Origin: Octopus sinensis
Lineage: Eukaryota
NCBI RefSeq assembly: GCF_006345805.1
Contig: NC_043000.1
Location: forward strand, 57,226,001-57,290,000
Direction: 5' to 3'
Length of the DNA: 64,000 nucleotides
Below, one piece after another: positions 38,135 to 51,671 of the stretch. Each line of letters starts with the position of its first letter. The first letter of the stretch is position 1. Under the pieces are notes generated by a model. That model did not search any database. It was not told the DNA's origin and saw only the letters and a program-made list of their open reading frames with translations. Position numbers and translations under genes: made by a program.

Positions 38135-40099
38135 AAATGAATCTGGTAATATTAACATGAAGTGTAACCTCACTTGGACTTATAACTCTTACATCACATC
38201 TTGAAAGTTGAACTTGTGCCATCCAAGAGCAAAAGATAGCTATGAAACAAACAAAACAGTTAAGTTCTTGAACTTGCAAGATGCAACCATAAATGTTGTT
38301 TGTGTCACTTTTCTCTGGAGGATATAATACATGTAAACAGCAGCTTCCCCAAAATGTCATTTAGATACTACCTCTCACAGTGACATCATCATCATCATCG
38401 TTTAACGTCCGTTCTCCATACTAGCATGGGTTGGACGGTTCGACCGGGGATCTGGGAGGCCAGAAGGCTGCACCAGGCTCCAGTCTTATCTGGCAATGTT
38501 TCTACAGCTGGATGCCCTTCCTAACGCCAAACATGATGTTGCAAAAACAACATACAATGTCTTCTTCAGAAAAAACTGTTCTGAGATTAATATAAACAAC
38601 ACCTCTACTACTGAATGCCTACACATATACCACAATGAATATTGGTGACACATTCACATTAAAAAAAGGCCTGATATAATTATTTGAGATTAAAAAGAAA
38701 ATTCATGTTTACTCAGAGTTTAGCTACCCTGCATGTCACCATCTCTTCTAAAATCCATGGAAAGGAGAGTATTTATAGACAACTGGTTTGAAATGTGCAG
38801 CTCCTCTACTCTGGTCTATATTTATACGGAAGACCTGTCCATCATAGCAGAATTAATACCAGTGCTGGTGCTACATAAAAGCACAAGTGTTGGTGTCACA
38901 TAAAAAGTACTTGTGCTGGCGTTACATTCAAAGCACAGGTGCTAGTGCCACATAAGTTTCAGTCAAACCGATCAACCTATGCCAGCATAGAAAATGAACA
39001 TTAAATGAAGATGATGATATGACTCACACTTATACCAATAATTATTGGTGCACATGGTTATGTTTACATATCTAAGTGATGAGTCAGAAACAAATTCTCA
39101 GGCAAGGAAAATGAATGATGAACATACATTTTATAGATACAATCTGTAAATGGGTAGTAAAAATATGCATGACTTTATCTAGGTCATCCCTCAGGATGCC
39201 CCAAGACTGTTTCCACACATTTTCCCCACTCATCTCAATCTTCCATAACAGTCCTCAGCTCCTGCACCCCTTCCTTACCAGTATCCTTCAGCAAGTTGTC
39301 AGTATGGGTTATCTTTCTCCTTTCTCTCCTGGTTCTTCCTTCCATTGGTTGCTAGAGCACTAGCTTGTTAGCAATTTCATCAGTATGTCTGATGCAGTGT
39401 CCAGCTAGCCTCATCCTTCAATGCTGTATCTTCACCGTTACTTTTGGTAGTCCCTGGTGTAAGTTGGCGTTTGTTGTATGACTCTTCCAGGAGACATTGA
39501 GTGCCATTCTAAGCATCCTCGTATAACAACCGTCCAACTGCTTTTTCAATGCTTTAGTGAGTGTCCATGTTTCAACCCCGCATAGAACACTATTGCTAGA
39601 AACAACCTTACTTTCAATTTCCTTGCTAACTTTGAACTCCATACCTTTCTCAATTTATGGCATGCACTCCAGGCAAGAGCTTTCCTTTCTATGATGTCTT
39701 TTTCAGTACTTTGTGTCTACGCACCAAGGTATTTCACTGACACAGGCATTTCGTGGCTGAATACTTGGTCTGAGATAGACTTGCTACTGCTGCTTAAAAC
39801 TGGAAACCTAAGAGATACTGGGAATTACAGAAGTATCAGTCTGTCATCCATTGTTGCAAAAATGGTCAACATGAATACAACCTAAGATAGACAGACAATT
39901 GCGACCAAATCAAAATGTCATTGTCACGCTTAGAAAACTGATAGAGGGAGTTCAGAGCCATAACAGGAACGCTATCATTATCTATGTAGACTTCAAAAAA
40001 GGCTTTTGATTCAGTACATAGAGGAATGATGATGAAGATACTTAAAGCATATGATATTCCACCAAGAATTCTGAGAGCAATAAGTAAGCTGTATGAGAA

Positions 40100-40460
40100 C
40101 ACCAGAGCAAAGTTATTATTTACATTTGACAGATATTTGTCCTCATCTTCTTTATTGTTAACACGTTTTGGCTGATATACCCTCCAGCCTTCATCAGGTT
40201 TCTTGGAGACATTTCGAACCTAGGTTCTCATTCCTAAGGTATTATTCGATATTGTTATTATTCAGGGATTGAACTCGGAATCTTGGGGTTAGTAGCCCGT
40301 GCTCTTAACCACTACGCCATATGCCTGTGGGTAATTATAGAATGAATTTTAGGGCTTATAAATCTAATATTTTCTTATCTTTCCTTAATACTGGTTCCCA
40401 TATACTTCTTATATCTGCACCCGGTCTGCTTAAGAGGTTGTTGTGTCCTAACAAGCAGCA
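40100..40460 (-). mobile_element. Penelope-like 3' end carrying a tRNA-like Pol III module and a hammerhead motif
   Basis: Minus strand: short ORF end LLSRPGADIRSIWEPVLRKR*; A box TGGCGTAGTGG (40319-40309); B box GTTCAATCC (40274-40266); CUGAUGA-stem II-AAAAC at 40197-40165. Confidence 0.6.
40160..40202 (-). ncRNA. Degenerate minimal hammerhead ribozyme-like motif
   Basis: AAC CUGAUGA A GGCUG GAGGGUAUAU CAGCC AAAA CG U GUU; G12 of GAAA is replaced by A and the cleavage site looks deleted. Confidence 0.5.
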
Positions 40461-40824
40461 CATATGTAAACGGCATCAAGCAGTAATAATAACTGACCTA
40501 TCCGTCCAACCATTGCTAGCGCAGAAAACGGACGTTAAACGATGATGATGATGATGACTATGCTGATAACCCGGCATTACTAACAGAGAGGATAGATCAG
40601 GCACAGGAGATGCTGAGCAGATTAGAGCAGGAATTGAGGAAGGTAGGATTGTACTGTCATGCAAAGAAAACAGAGCATGACTTTAGAAAAGTTCAATATG
40701 TAACAATTATTGTTGTTATCCAAATTCCAGTCATGGGACTTTTACTTTGTTAGAAACTAATTCCTTTCTTCTTAAAATGAAAAAAAAAAAATACAGTTAT
40801 TTATATATATATGTGCATATAATC

Positions 40825-41380
40825 ATCATCATTTAACGTCCATTTTCCATGCTGCACCAGGCTCCAATCTGATTTGGCATGATTTCTATGGTTGGATGCC
40901 CTTCCTAACACCAATCACTTTAGAGTGTGCTGGGTGCTTTTACATAGCACTGGATGAACAGTATTATGTAGCACAGGCACGAGTGCTTTTTACATGGTGC
41001 TGGCAGGCCAATCCTCTTCACCAGGGGGACCAGCCTTAACATTTCTGCTGTGGAGCATGAGTCTTCTTGAGTACAGCAAGGTACCAAGGTCCTTTGTCAT
41101 CTTGTCTGAAATATTCAGCATCCTGAAGTCATCCTTCAGTACTTCATCCCATGTCTTGGGTCTTCTACTTCCACGTGTTCCATCTACTCTGAGAGATTAG
41201 CACTTCTTTATAGAGCTGTCAGCATCCATTCACATCACATGACCAAATCAGAGCTGTCTTCTCTCTTGCACACAATGTCTAATTTTTCTTATGCCTAACT
41301 TCTCTCTCAATACACTAACACTGTCAAACATGTACACTTACATTACACATCCAGCAGAGCATACTAGCCTCATTGAGACA
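40825..41380 (-). mobile_element. RTE LINE 3' fragment (C-terminal coding + 3' UTR + (GAT)n tail)
   Basis: Homologous to 36300-36700 and continuous with the family tail. Confidence 0.75.
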
Positions 41381-44300
41381 CCAAAAAAGCTTAGAAGCCA
41401 TTAGGAAGAAGAGGTTAAACAAGAAGCTATATATTATCCACACTGTCGTGTGATCATATATGCTTTTAGCAACAAAGTAAGCAATTGACAAATGGGGCTG
41501 TTCTGTGGTCCTGCATCCACAGTACAACCCAGGTCTGACACCCTTCAACTTCTACTTGTTTGGTCTAATGAAGGAAAGACTTTGATGACACAGAAGTGGT
41601 GTGTATGTTTTCCTATCTGTCTTCAGTAATAAAACTATTAGAGAACCAAAACCCAAAATATAAACAATATAAGTTACACTAGCTGGATCTTTTTTTTCTA
41701 ATAAAACAACAAAATAAAACCAAATGGTTATTGTTATTGCAAGAAATTTATAAGAATTATGATAGATTTGGAATTAATACACTTGGCATTTGGGTGTCTA
41801 GGTAGCATGTGGATATATTTACCCACATATGAATGCAAGTAAATCTAAGTTACATGTACAGGACACATACATATATTTATGTACACTTGCACACATGCTG
41901 ATATATCACTTGCATTTCGTGGTTTGGGACTGATAAAGAGAAAGAAAGTAAAATATACACATGGAGAGGAAAGTCATGCAGAAGTACAATATAGGAATCC
42001 AAGGCTTTGACAAAGTCTACAAATCTGTTGAGATGTGTAGTGATAAATATTTTACATATGTATCATATTTGTTGGTTTTACACTATTAGCGTAAAAACAT
42101 CAATCATTTTACAGATATTGAAGATTGTATATACATGTACAAACTTTCTTGTACTTAGAAGTAAAACTCAACAACAAATACAGGACTGTAATATTTAATG
42201 CTTACATTCAATTACAAAATGGAAAATAATAAAATAAAAGTTCAGAAAAAGCTTCTTTTTTTTTTTTCATTTAGAGGAAAATTGTAATAGTTTTCATATC
42301 ACATTATTTCCTTTTTTAATATTATTAAGTCTGTAAACTGCTGTATGTTGACTTGTAGATAACTCTAAACATATGCATGTATGCACAAATGTGTATGTGT
42401 GTGTATACAAGAGAGTGGACAAACAAAAGAAAGTGACACTCAACACTTTTGGCAGGAGTTGCATATGTTATTTAATAATAGTTTGACTAAACTCCATGCA
42501 ACCGTAGGCTTTAGAATGAACCTATCTTGTCAATCATCTGGAGAAATTGAAGATGCCTGACAAGTTGCACAGTCTTGTGCAATAAGCCTTTGAAACTTTA
42601 AATTGCATGGAGCTGAGTCAAACTGTTGATTGATATACATATATATATATACACATATGTAAATATTTGCATAAATCTGTGTATATAACATATATATATA
42701 TGCATACATATGTATATATTTATACACCTCCTTGTAGTTCATATTCATTCTTGTTCAATAAAACTATCATCTAAAATATGTTTGTTAAATGAAGAAAACT
42801 AAAATGAAACTAAATACTTTTGGAATCTTCAGGATTCTTCTATATCAATGCAATTGGGTATCTTTTGAATAAATATGCAGTTTGTACATTGAGAAATGGC
42901 ATCAAATTACAATTTGGGATTATTGTATAAAAGAAAAAAAAATTAATTTACTCAAGTAGAGTTGAATAATTGAAGTGCAATATATTCTGTTTCAATATTT
43001 CTTATATTTAAGTGTTTTCCTACACACACACACACAAATATATATGTATGTATAGATAAGTGTATATATGTATAGATAAGTGTATATACATATGTATTTC
43101 ATTATGATTTTCTTTTTGCATATACCTCACATGATGTTACAGTGTCTTGTAGCAGAGTAAATATCCACCAGACTTTATGGGTGCTTGTACATGAGCATAC
43201 ATTGACTATTTCATGCAGTTTATAATCGGGAACCAACATTTGAATTCAATAGAAAAACAAACATACCAATATGATTTAGGGACATATAGGGAAGAGAATC
43301 CACAGGTTAAAAATAAAAAAGGGAATTTTACAATGCTAATGTTGGAACAAATAGTTCTAACATTAGAACAAGTTATATTTATATTCAGCTTAGCAAATTG
43401 AGTCCTTCTTGGGAATCCCTGTGCTATTGAATACAATATAAACAGTGAATCTATTGGTCGGTGTTTCTGTATTATAACTACTCCACCATCAATGTTCATC
43501 ATATATAATCTCAATGGTTATATTTAACAATAACATGAGAGAGGGACAAGCTGGCGAAATTGTAGAGCACCAGGATAAATTATGTATTTCCTTGTTGTCA
43601 AATGACAAATGAGTGTTCTGCAATTTCTTGCTGAACCATCATCCAGATGATTTGTTTATAGTGATCAGATGTCTGTGTTACACATAAGCTCACCCTCTCC
43701 ATCAAGTCAACATTGCCTGTACAGGAGAACAAGTGTAGCACACATCAGACATCAAAATGGTTGCAGAGCATCATGAAATGAAGTGTTTTGCTCAAGAACA
43801 CAACACACTACCTGGTCTGGGAATTGAAACCACAACACCCTAACCATTAGATCAATGCACTGCTCGACTTGGGAATTGAAACCATGATCTTGCAATTGCA
43901 ACACCCTGACACTAGGTCCTGTACCAGATGATGAAAGAGGTTTGGTGAAACAAGCAGGAAAATAGAACTCAAAACGTGTGCATATATACACACACACACA
44001 TATATATATTAACCAGCTGAAATTATAGAGTAACTCAAAGACAGAGTTTCTATGCACTGGCACTAATCAAACGTTGATGAATACCTATATATATATAATT
44101 ACACACCTTATATTTAGTTTTGACCCTCTGCACTCAAACACTACTAAATGCCTACTTTGTCCCTTTCATATATTTGAGTTTGATTCAATCAACTATATAT
44201 AATACCTGCTGCAAAAGATGGACTTTTCTACACTTCATCTGTTCTTTGTAAAATGTAACAACTTTTTTTTCTTTATAAGGGCTTCCAATGTTTCACATAA

Positions 44301-47300
44301 GGTTTAGTTGACCAATTAGACTTGGTACATGAGTACTGCTTACTTCAATAGACTCAATAAAGACTGATAAATTACAGTTGTCCCTCAAATAGTAACTGAA
44401 TTCAGAATGTTCAGTGATAGAGATATATATACTGTGGGACATCTAATCAGCTCCTAAAACTACATCACCATATTTTGTGAAATTGTTAGAGCACAAGACA
44501 AATTGTCTTTCAGTACTTGTTGCAGCTCTACATTTTGAGTTCAAATCCCACCAAGGTTAACTTTTCCATTTGCCCTTCTGGAAGAGGGATGTCAATAAAA
44601 TAAAGTACTAGTTATGTACTGCAGTTGATTCAAGTGATAATAACCTCTCTAAAACCTTTTACTAAATGCCTTTGTTAAAATTATTATTGAAGGTCATCTC
44701 AAGCAATATATCACTAAAAGCAAGCCAGTGTGAAATATGACTAGAATCTTTCTTTATAGGACTATGGATTGCCAAGTCTGAGGTGTTAGACAAACAGCCT
44801 GTAGTTTGCAGTTGACTGAAAATGGATGAAAGAACAGATACAACTTATATAAGCATTGCTGAATTCAAGTCAGTCCTCTTGAAGAAGGCAATAGTTTGCC
44901 CTGAAAATATTGGACTTATTTCTTCAAGAGTCATAAGGTGTAAAATCCTAGCACAAACAAGGGCATCATATAACTGAGAAGTGCATTACTAGAGTGAACT
45001 GAATTCCTTTACCTAGGACAAAACAACAGAAAAAACTGTCAATATGCATTTTATTGATTCAGGGCAAAAAGTCAAAGTCTTTAGCAATAGCATACCATGC
45101 CTTACCCAAGTTGTTAAAAGGGCATGTAGGAATAGAAAGCTATAGAACTCAGCCAATCTAATCCTTTAGAAAAAAGTATAAATAAATCAAAATTATTAAA
45201 ATGTTGCTTCTATCTTAGTATTCCTTATTTCACAAGCTCCTATATTTGAGTCAGTCACTTGACTTTGTGATCAAGTTTCTCTTGTGTTTATATGGATGGC
45301 CTGTATTGTTCACTTTTTCATAGAAAAAAAGTCTGATACAGGATCAACTAAAGCATAACAGTATGTCAGAAGAGTAATATTGCAGAACAGAGGAAGTTGA
45401 ACAATGGAATTGAATATAATCTGTCAAATAGTTAGAGGAACAATTCATATTTGGTATTTATGATCTAATTTCAGATCCTTATAGAGGTAACACTATATTT
45501 CATCTCTTGAGGATCCATAACATAAACAACAATAGAGTAGATTCCAATGATTATTGCCACCAATTCTGCAATTCTTTGATCTTGTACCAATGCAAGAAAT
45601 CAATTAAATGGTGCCTCTGTTTCCTTCCTTACAGAAGACTACTCTTGTGAATTGTACAAAACCCTTGTAAGATTTTAACACAATTCACAGGGACAAAACC
45701 ACATCCTGTAAGGGGTTTGTTTTAATCTGGTACATCTGTTCATTATTTTTTTTTCATTCTAGTCCCTTTACAATCTTTTTATTACAAAAGACCAAACAAA
45801 TAAAAAAAAATCTTATAGTTTTAGAGGGAGGAAACTGTTGTAATGTTCATGCCTTTAACTGGAAATTGTAACTGCATTGCAGTGCAAGTGAACAAGAAGT
45901 TTACAACTTGTTCTAAAATAATTTACAGATATCAAGAAGCACTTCAAACTTGAGTTTTTTATAAACAAAGAAAAAAAAAAAGAAACAAACAAGCAAATAT
46001 TATCATTAGATAATTCATTAACAATTCACTAGATAAAAATAAAAATGAGGCAGTGCAAAACAACTATTGTAAAGGTTGATTACATAATCTGCCTAAACTA
46101 TTTCCATCAAGTGACAACAGAGCTGTCAGTTTCCATTGATTGAAATGGCTTCCGAGAACAATGAAATTTTGGGTTTGGTGTGAAGTGATTTCAGTTACAA
46201 TTATGATTAAGTCCTCACCAGCTATACTATTACTCCAGAAGCAGTTCTCTCTCTCTCTCACTATACATATATACATGCATACACACATACATATATGGTG
46301 GTAGTGTCCCTTCTGCTGTAGCTGACAGTTGTGGATTCTGCAATTTCTTGCTGAACAACCTACTGCACAGATGATTTGTGTATAGTGATCAAATGTTTGT
46401 GCTGTACATTAGAGGATTCCATCAAATTAACACTGTACAGTTGCCCAGTGTGCCACATGTCAGATGTTGAAGTGATCACAGAGAAACACAAAATGTTTTG
46501 GTCAAGAAAGGAATGCAATGCCTAGCTCAGGAAATGAAACTACGATCTTGAAATCATGAGTGCAACCTGCTAACCACTAGGCTGTGTGCCTTCACACACA
46601 AATAGATAGAGAGAGTCTAAAGAGAAACAGAAGTTCATTAAAAGCCTACAAAAAAATTTTTGTTTGAATATTACTATAGTCTAGTATTGGGAAATCACTG
46701 CAAATTGAAAAAGGCAAAAAGTCAGCCTTGGTGAGATTTGAACATAAAATTTTATTAGCACTCCAAGATGACAAAAAAAAAGAAAAAAAAAGAGGATTGG
46801 CATGTCTAGTCTCTCTCTCCACCACATACAGATTTCCAAACCACCTAAGACATTTTTTTTTCTTTCTTTTTTAATTTCCCATTCCTCTGAAATGAAGGTA
46901 CTAGTAACAGAAATGTAGCTGACTTAATCAACTATTTCTCACTTTGCAAAAAAAAAAGTTGATTTCATGTTCGGCCATGCAACATCATTAAGAATAAAAA
47001 GGAAAAAAAAATGAGCCTTAGGATTTGCTTATGCTACATTGCAGTTAACTCCTTTCATGTTCTCCAGTGACAGTAGTCAAATCTCATATGGCAAGAGAAA
47101 AACATTTTTTTAATTTTTACCAGTCAGAATATGAAGACATTATAAGTGAGACATCTCACCCAACTAATTTTAACTCAGAACAGTGAATCAAGAGTCTGCT
47201 TCTCTGTCAGTCTTCTACCATCTAACTCCATCTTAATATCATACAATATCAATAGCTTTAATTCCGGTAAAAGAAAGTCAAAGTGTGGGGGTTCATTTTT

Positions 47301-47520
47301 TTTTTTTTTTGGAGAATTCTTCATTTTTGTAGATTTTACCAAATTTGTCTCAATTTTATTTCATTTGTTAATTATCAGTTTTAGGAAAAAAGCAAAGAGA
47401 AATAAATTAAACTGAGAAGAAATTTATAGAATTAAAAACAAAAATCTAATTCCTAAAACAAAACAAAAAAAAAATTACATGAAGTTACTTAAAAGATTTT
47501 CCCTCCTAGTTTGTTTATAT

Positions 47521-47573
<53 letters not shown>

Positions 47574-49059
47574 TTTAACATAATTAGTAAAATTTAAGAA
47601 ATTTTAAGCTGTTAACAAAATAGAATTATTAAGAACGAAACAACTTATGTTTTATTGCTTCCCTTGAATACAATTAAAATTTGAAATTATGAAATTAAGC
47701 AGATTTTCATGAGAGGAAAAAAAATGTACAAATATTCAAGAAGAAGCATGCAAAAAGAGGAAGGAGGGAGATATATTTATGCTGATTTATATATTTGTAA
47801 AAGAATTTGATTCTGGTTTCATTAAATGAAATGCAGAGAGAAAGGAAACAGCATTAAGTTAATCTGTTTCAAAGTAAAAAGAACAAAAGAGACCTCAACA
47901 AGCATACACATGCACATAATTCAACAGGAAAAGTTAATTTAAAGTTCACCTTTATTTCCCTATTAGCAGGAAGGTAAGATATGTGGATTTTGAATCTAAA
48001 CAACCAATACAGTATTTGAGTAAAATAATATGAAATGTTAATAAAAATTAAGTTCAATAAGTTTGGCTTGTTGGTAAGCCAGCACTGCCAGCAGTCTTAA
48101 CAAGTGCTAATAGTGATGAAATACAACTAACTAGCCTAGACTTGTGTACCTTCAAACATATTTCATTGATGGGAAACGTAATGCACAGAGATACATTCTT
48201 CTTGTTTCCAGATATTCAAACTATCACAGACTTATTTAGAGTATTTAAATAGTAACATGAGCTAAGAAAGTAAGTGCAAGCAAGCAAACACACACACACA
48301 CACACATGCAATTGCATCTACTCATTGTTAGTTTATCATCATAAAAACCTTAATACCAGCATAATGATAACATAAGTTAGTGAACAAAAATTGACTGCAC
48401 ACGTATACACACACACATAAACTGAACAATGTGGTATATAATAAAAGTAATAAGGAATAGTATTATGAAGACATGAACCACAATGATAACTGTCCTATTT
48501 CTTACTCCTCAATCTTTAAGTACTTTGGAGCCCTCATACACTTCTTCGCAGGTCAAACTTAGAAAACAACAGCAAGAATGACTAGATATTATCAACCATG
48601 GAAAACATGGAAGATTAATTAAATAACTAGAAATTGACATCCTTAGATAGATAAATAAATAAATATTAAAAACGCAGAGTTGTATAGGAGGAAACATGGA
48701 TCATCACCAGTATGTAACTGGTTCTCACTTACTGATTTTTCTGCACCACCATTAGCACCATATGTAAAGTAGTCCAAACCAGGAATACAAAAATTCAATT
48801 CAAGGACACTATTTGTAATGGTGGTGATTCATCATATTGGCCAAAAATTTGCAATGGAAGAGTAGAGTCAAATTAAACCTAGTATATAATTGGTATTTAT
48901 TTCATCAACTACAGTAAGATGTACTCAGTAAGAGGGACGAAAGTAAATACTGAAAAGCATTTAGCCCAAACCACTACCTCTTTGCAACAATTAAGAATTA
49001 GGTGTTTCAACTGTGCATAAGTAAAATTGAATTATGTGGCTTTCGTTTGAGGTGATGAT

Positions 49060-49600
49060 AATTTTCTACTATAAGCACAAGATCTGAAATTTTGGGGAAG
49101 GGGACTAGTCAATTACATCGACCCCCAAGCTAACGCTTCTGCCAGCTCATTGTCTTAATAATAATCCTTTCTACTATAGGCACAAGGCCTGAAATTTTGG
49201 AGGAAGGGTTACTTGATTACATCAACCCCACTGCTCAACTGGTACTTATTTTATTGGCCCACCCAAAAGGATGCAAGGTCAAGTCAAACTTGGCAGAATT
49301 TGTCCCAGAAATGCAAGGAGCCAGAACAAATAATGTAAAGTATTTTTTCCTGACTTTCTAACAGTTCTACCATCTTCAATAACAACAATAGTAATTGCCT
49401 CCAACTTTGGCACAGGGCCAGCAATTTTAGAGAGAGGAGATTAGTCAATTACACTGATCCCAGTACTTGACTGGTCATTTATTTTATTGACCCCTGCTAA
49501 AGGATGAAAGGCTAAGTTGATCACAGCAGGATTTGAACTCAGAATGTAAAGAGCCACCAGAAATGCCACATAGCATTTTTATCCAATAAACTAACAATTC
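49060..49600 (-). mobile_element. Three adjacent family A SINE copies
   Basis: Repeated AAGGCCTGAAATTTTGG...GTCAATTACATCGACCCC...GAACTCAGAA units. Confidence 0.7.
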
Positions 49601-50019
49601 TACCAAATAAGAAAATAAAGAGGAGGATGCTTGCATGTAAGTTTAATGCTATAAAATAGTCATCATACCTGCAAAAAAAAACAAAAAAAAAACAGAAAAA
49701 AAATATATACAGCAATGCAGAAATATACAGCAAATGTGTGGACAGGGTCACCGTCCCTATATTTTATCATGTTCAAGGTTTGTGTGTATGTGTGTGTGTG
49801 TGTAAATGAAAAGGAGAGCAAAACGTGTTAAACTAGATATGCAGAGAGTTAAAAGAAAAGAAATTGAGAGTGGGGACAGAGATGTAAAAGAGAAAAGCCT
49901 GGTATTTAAACAAATTTATAAGAAAACTTTGTATGTGTAAGCAGGAGCAAGATAAGAAAACTTGCGAACAATATGTACAGATATATGTGTTGTAAGGTAA
50001 TTTTAAAAATTACATAATA

Positions 50020-50455
50020 ATTCTTTCCATTATAGGCACAAAGCCTGAAATTTTGGGGGAGGAGGCTAGTTGATTAAGTAGACCCCAGTGCCTAACTGGT
50101 ACTTATTTAGTCGACCCTGAAAGGATGAAAGGTAAAGTCAACCTCGGCAGAATTTGAACTCAGAACGTAAGGACGGGTGAAATGCCGCCAAGCATTTCAT
50201 CCAGTGTGCTAACGATTCTGCCAGCTCACTGCCTTTATAATAATCCTTTCTATTACAGACACAAGGCCCGAAACTTGGGGAAGGGGCCTAGTTGATTTAA
50301 TCGACCCAGTGTTCCACTGGTACTTATTTAATTGACCCCAAAAGGATGAAAGGTAAAGTCGACCTTGGTGGAATTTGAACTCAGAACATAGCGACAGACA
50401 AAATGCCACTAAGCATTTTGCCCAGTGTGCTAACAATTCTACCGGTTTGCCGCCT
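50020..50455 (-). mobile_element. Head-to-tail family A SINE dimer
   Basis: Two full copies separated only by an (ATA)n tail near 50236-50245. Confidence 0.8.
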
Positions 50456-51023
50456 TATAAAATTACATAATAACAACAAAAATAATAGGTATAAGCCTCT
50501 GAAATTAGAACTTAACATATAAATTAATAGAAACCGAAGCTAAAATAAAATATTTAGTTTGTAAAAAATAATTAATAATCAAGCAAACAACAATAAAAAT
50601 AAAAACAAGACATAACAAAATAAAATAAAAACAATTGTGCTGTTCGAAAGAATTTCAGCAGGTATCAGGTATTCCTGTAGTGAAGCCAAGGGTGGTATTG
50701 ATATTGGTATGCAAATGGTGGTGAATGAGATGACAAGAAATTAAGAGAGTGAAGTAATTAATTCATTCATTATTTCTAAATTAAGAGTAAAACTACAGAG
50801 GTTTGGCCTAGAAGAGAGGTATTCAAGTGCATGTGTAGAGAAAGGAGAAAAGGAGTGCATGAGAGACAGACAGACAGAGCATGGACAAAGGAGAGAGAGA
50901 GAGAGAGAGAGTATACACAAAGGACAGAGAGAGAGAGAGAGAGTATACACAAAGGACAGAGAGAGAGAGCATAGAAATGAGGAAATGACAAAGGGAAAGG
51001 GTGAAAGAGAAACAGAGGGACAA

Positions 51024-51032
51024 AGAGACAGA

Positions 51033-51092
<60 letters not shown>
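51024..51092. repeat. (GT)n microsatellite; adjacent (GA)n compound repeat at about 50860-50970
   Basis: Seen directly. Confidence 0.95.
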
Positions 51093-51095
<3 letters not shown>

Positions 51096-51639
51096 GCATG
51101 CCTGTATGCATTTATCTGTATGTGTGTGTGTGAATATATGTACAGAATTTGCACAAACAAATTAGGCAGTAGAAACAATTGTAATTAATTCTTGTGATGC
51201 AGGCAGTGTGTATCATGTCCTTATATAAAAAGCTAGATCAACATACAACCAAGTATGTGTGTATGCATAAACACACACAAATATATTGTACATTACACAC
51301 ATACAAGGAACATGTAAATTAGCCATCAGCACAGGTCTTGTTCAGTTTTTTTTTTTCTTCTCTTTTTTAACAATTCAGACAACAGTTTTTATTTCATACT
51401 ACTATTATTGTGGTGGTGGCGGTAACTATTTTATTAATATTATATCAGACAGTATTTTATATCCCTCTTCTTTATCTTCTTCGAGTCAGTATCTTTAAAG
51501 AGTGAAATATGTCCAAAATAATAATAATCTCTTAAAATACAAACTTGGTTGCTTTTTTTTTTTTTTATTCCCCCTCTTTTTTATCTTTCAAATTTTCTCT
51601 TACTCTATTCCATTCAGCTTTTTACAGCTAAACTTAGTT

Positions 51640-51671
<32 letters not shown>

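Larger units (their letters stand above)
39178..40674. mobile_element. RTE-type LINE with 5' inversion, flanked by 11-bp TSD GCATGACTTTA
   Basis: Minus-strand C-terminal half at 39178-~39790 (KYLGA..STEKDI..RKALAW, CGVETWTLTK..LDGCYTRMLR); plus-strand RT half at ~39790-40674 (NYRSISL, YVDFKKAFDSVHR, TDL/DYADN, KKTE); TSD at 39167-39177 and 40675-40685. Confidence 0.85.

Noticed and set aside
40263-40325. Functional tRNA gene
   Set aside because: A and B boxes are present but there is no acceptor stem or proper T stem; it is part of a repeat.
47135-47270. Minus-strand short ORF ending ...MELDGRRLTEKQTLDSLF* as an alternative FAF1 last exon
   Set aside because: Weak acceptor; the true terminal exon at 51958-52038 matches FAF1 well.
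50741-51188. Overlapping 66-145 aa ORFs (HTHT/CVCV/ERER)
   Set aside because: Translations of (GT)n/(GA)n microsatellites; the same applies to similar ORFs at 348-639, 7849-8813 and 30810-31056.
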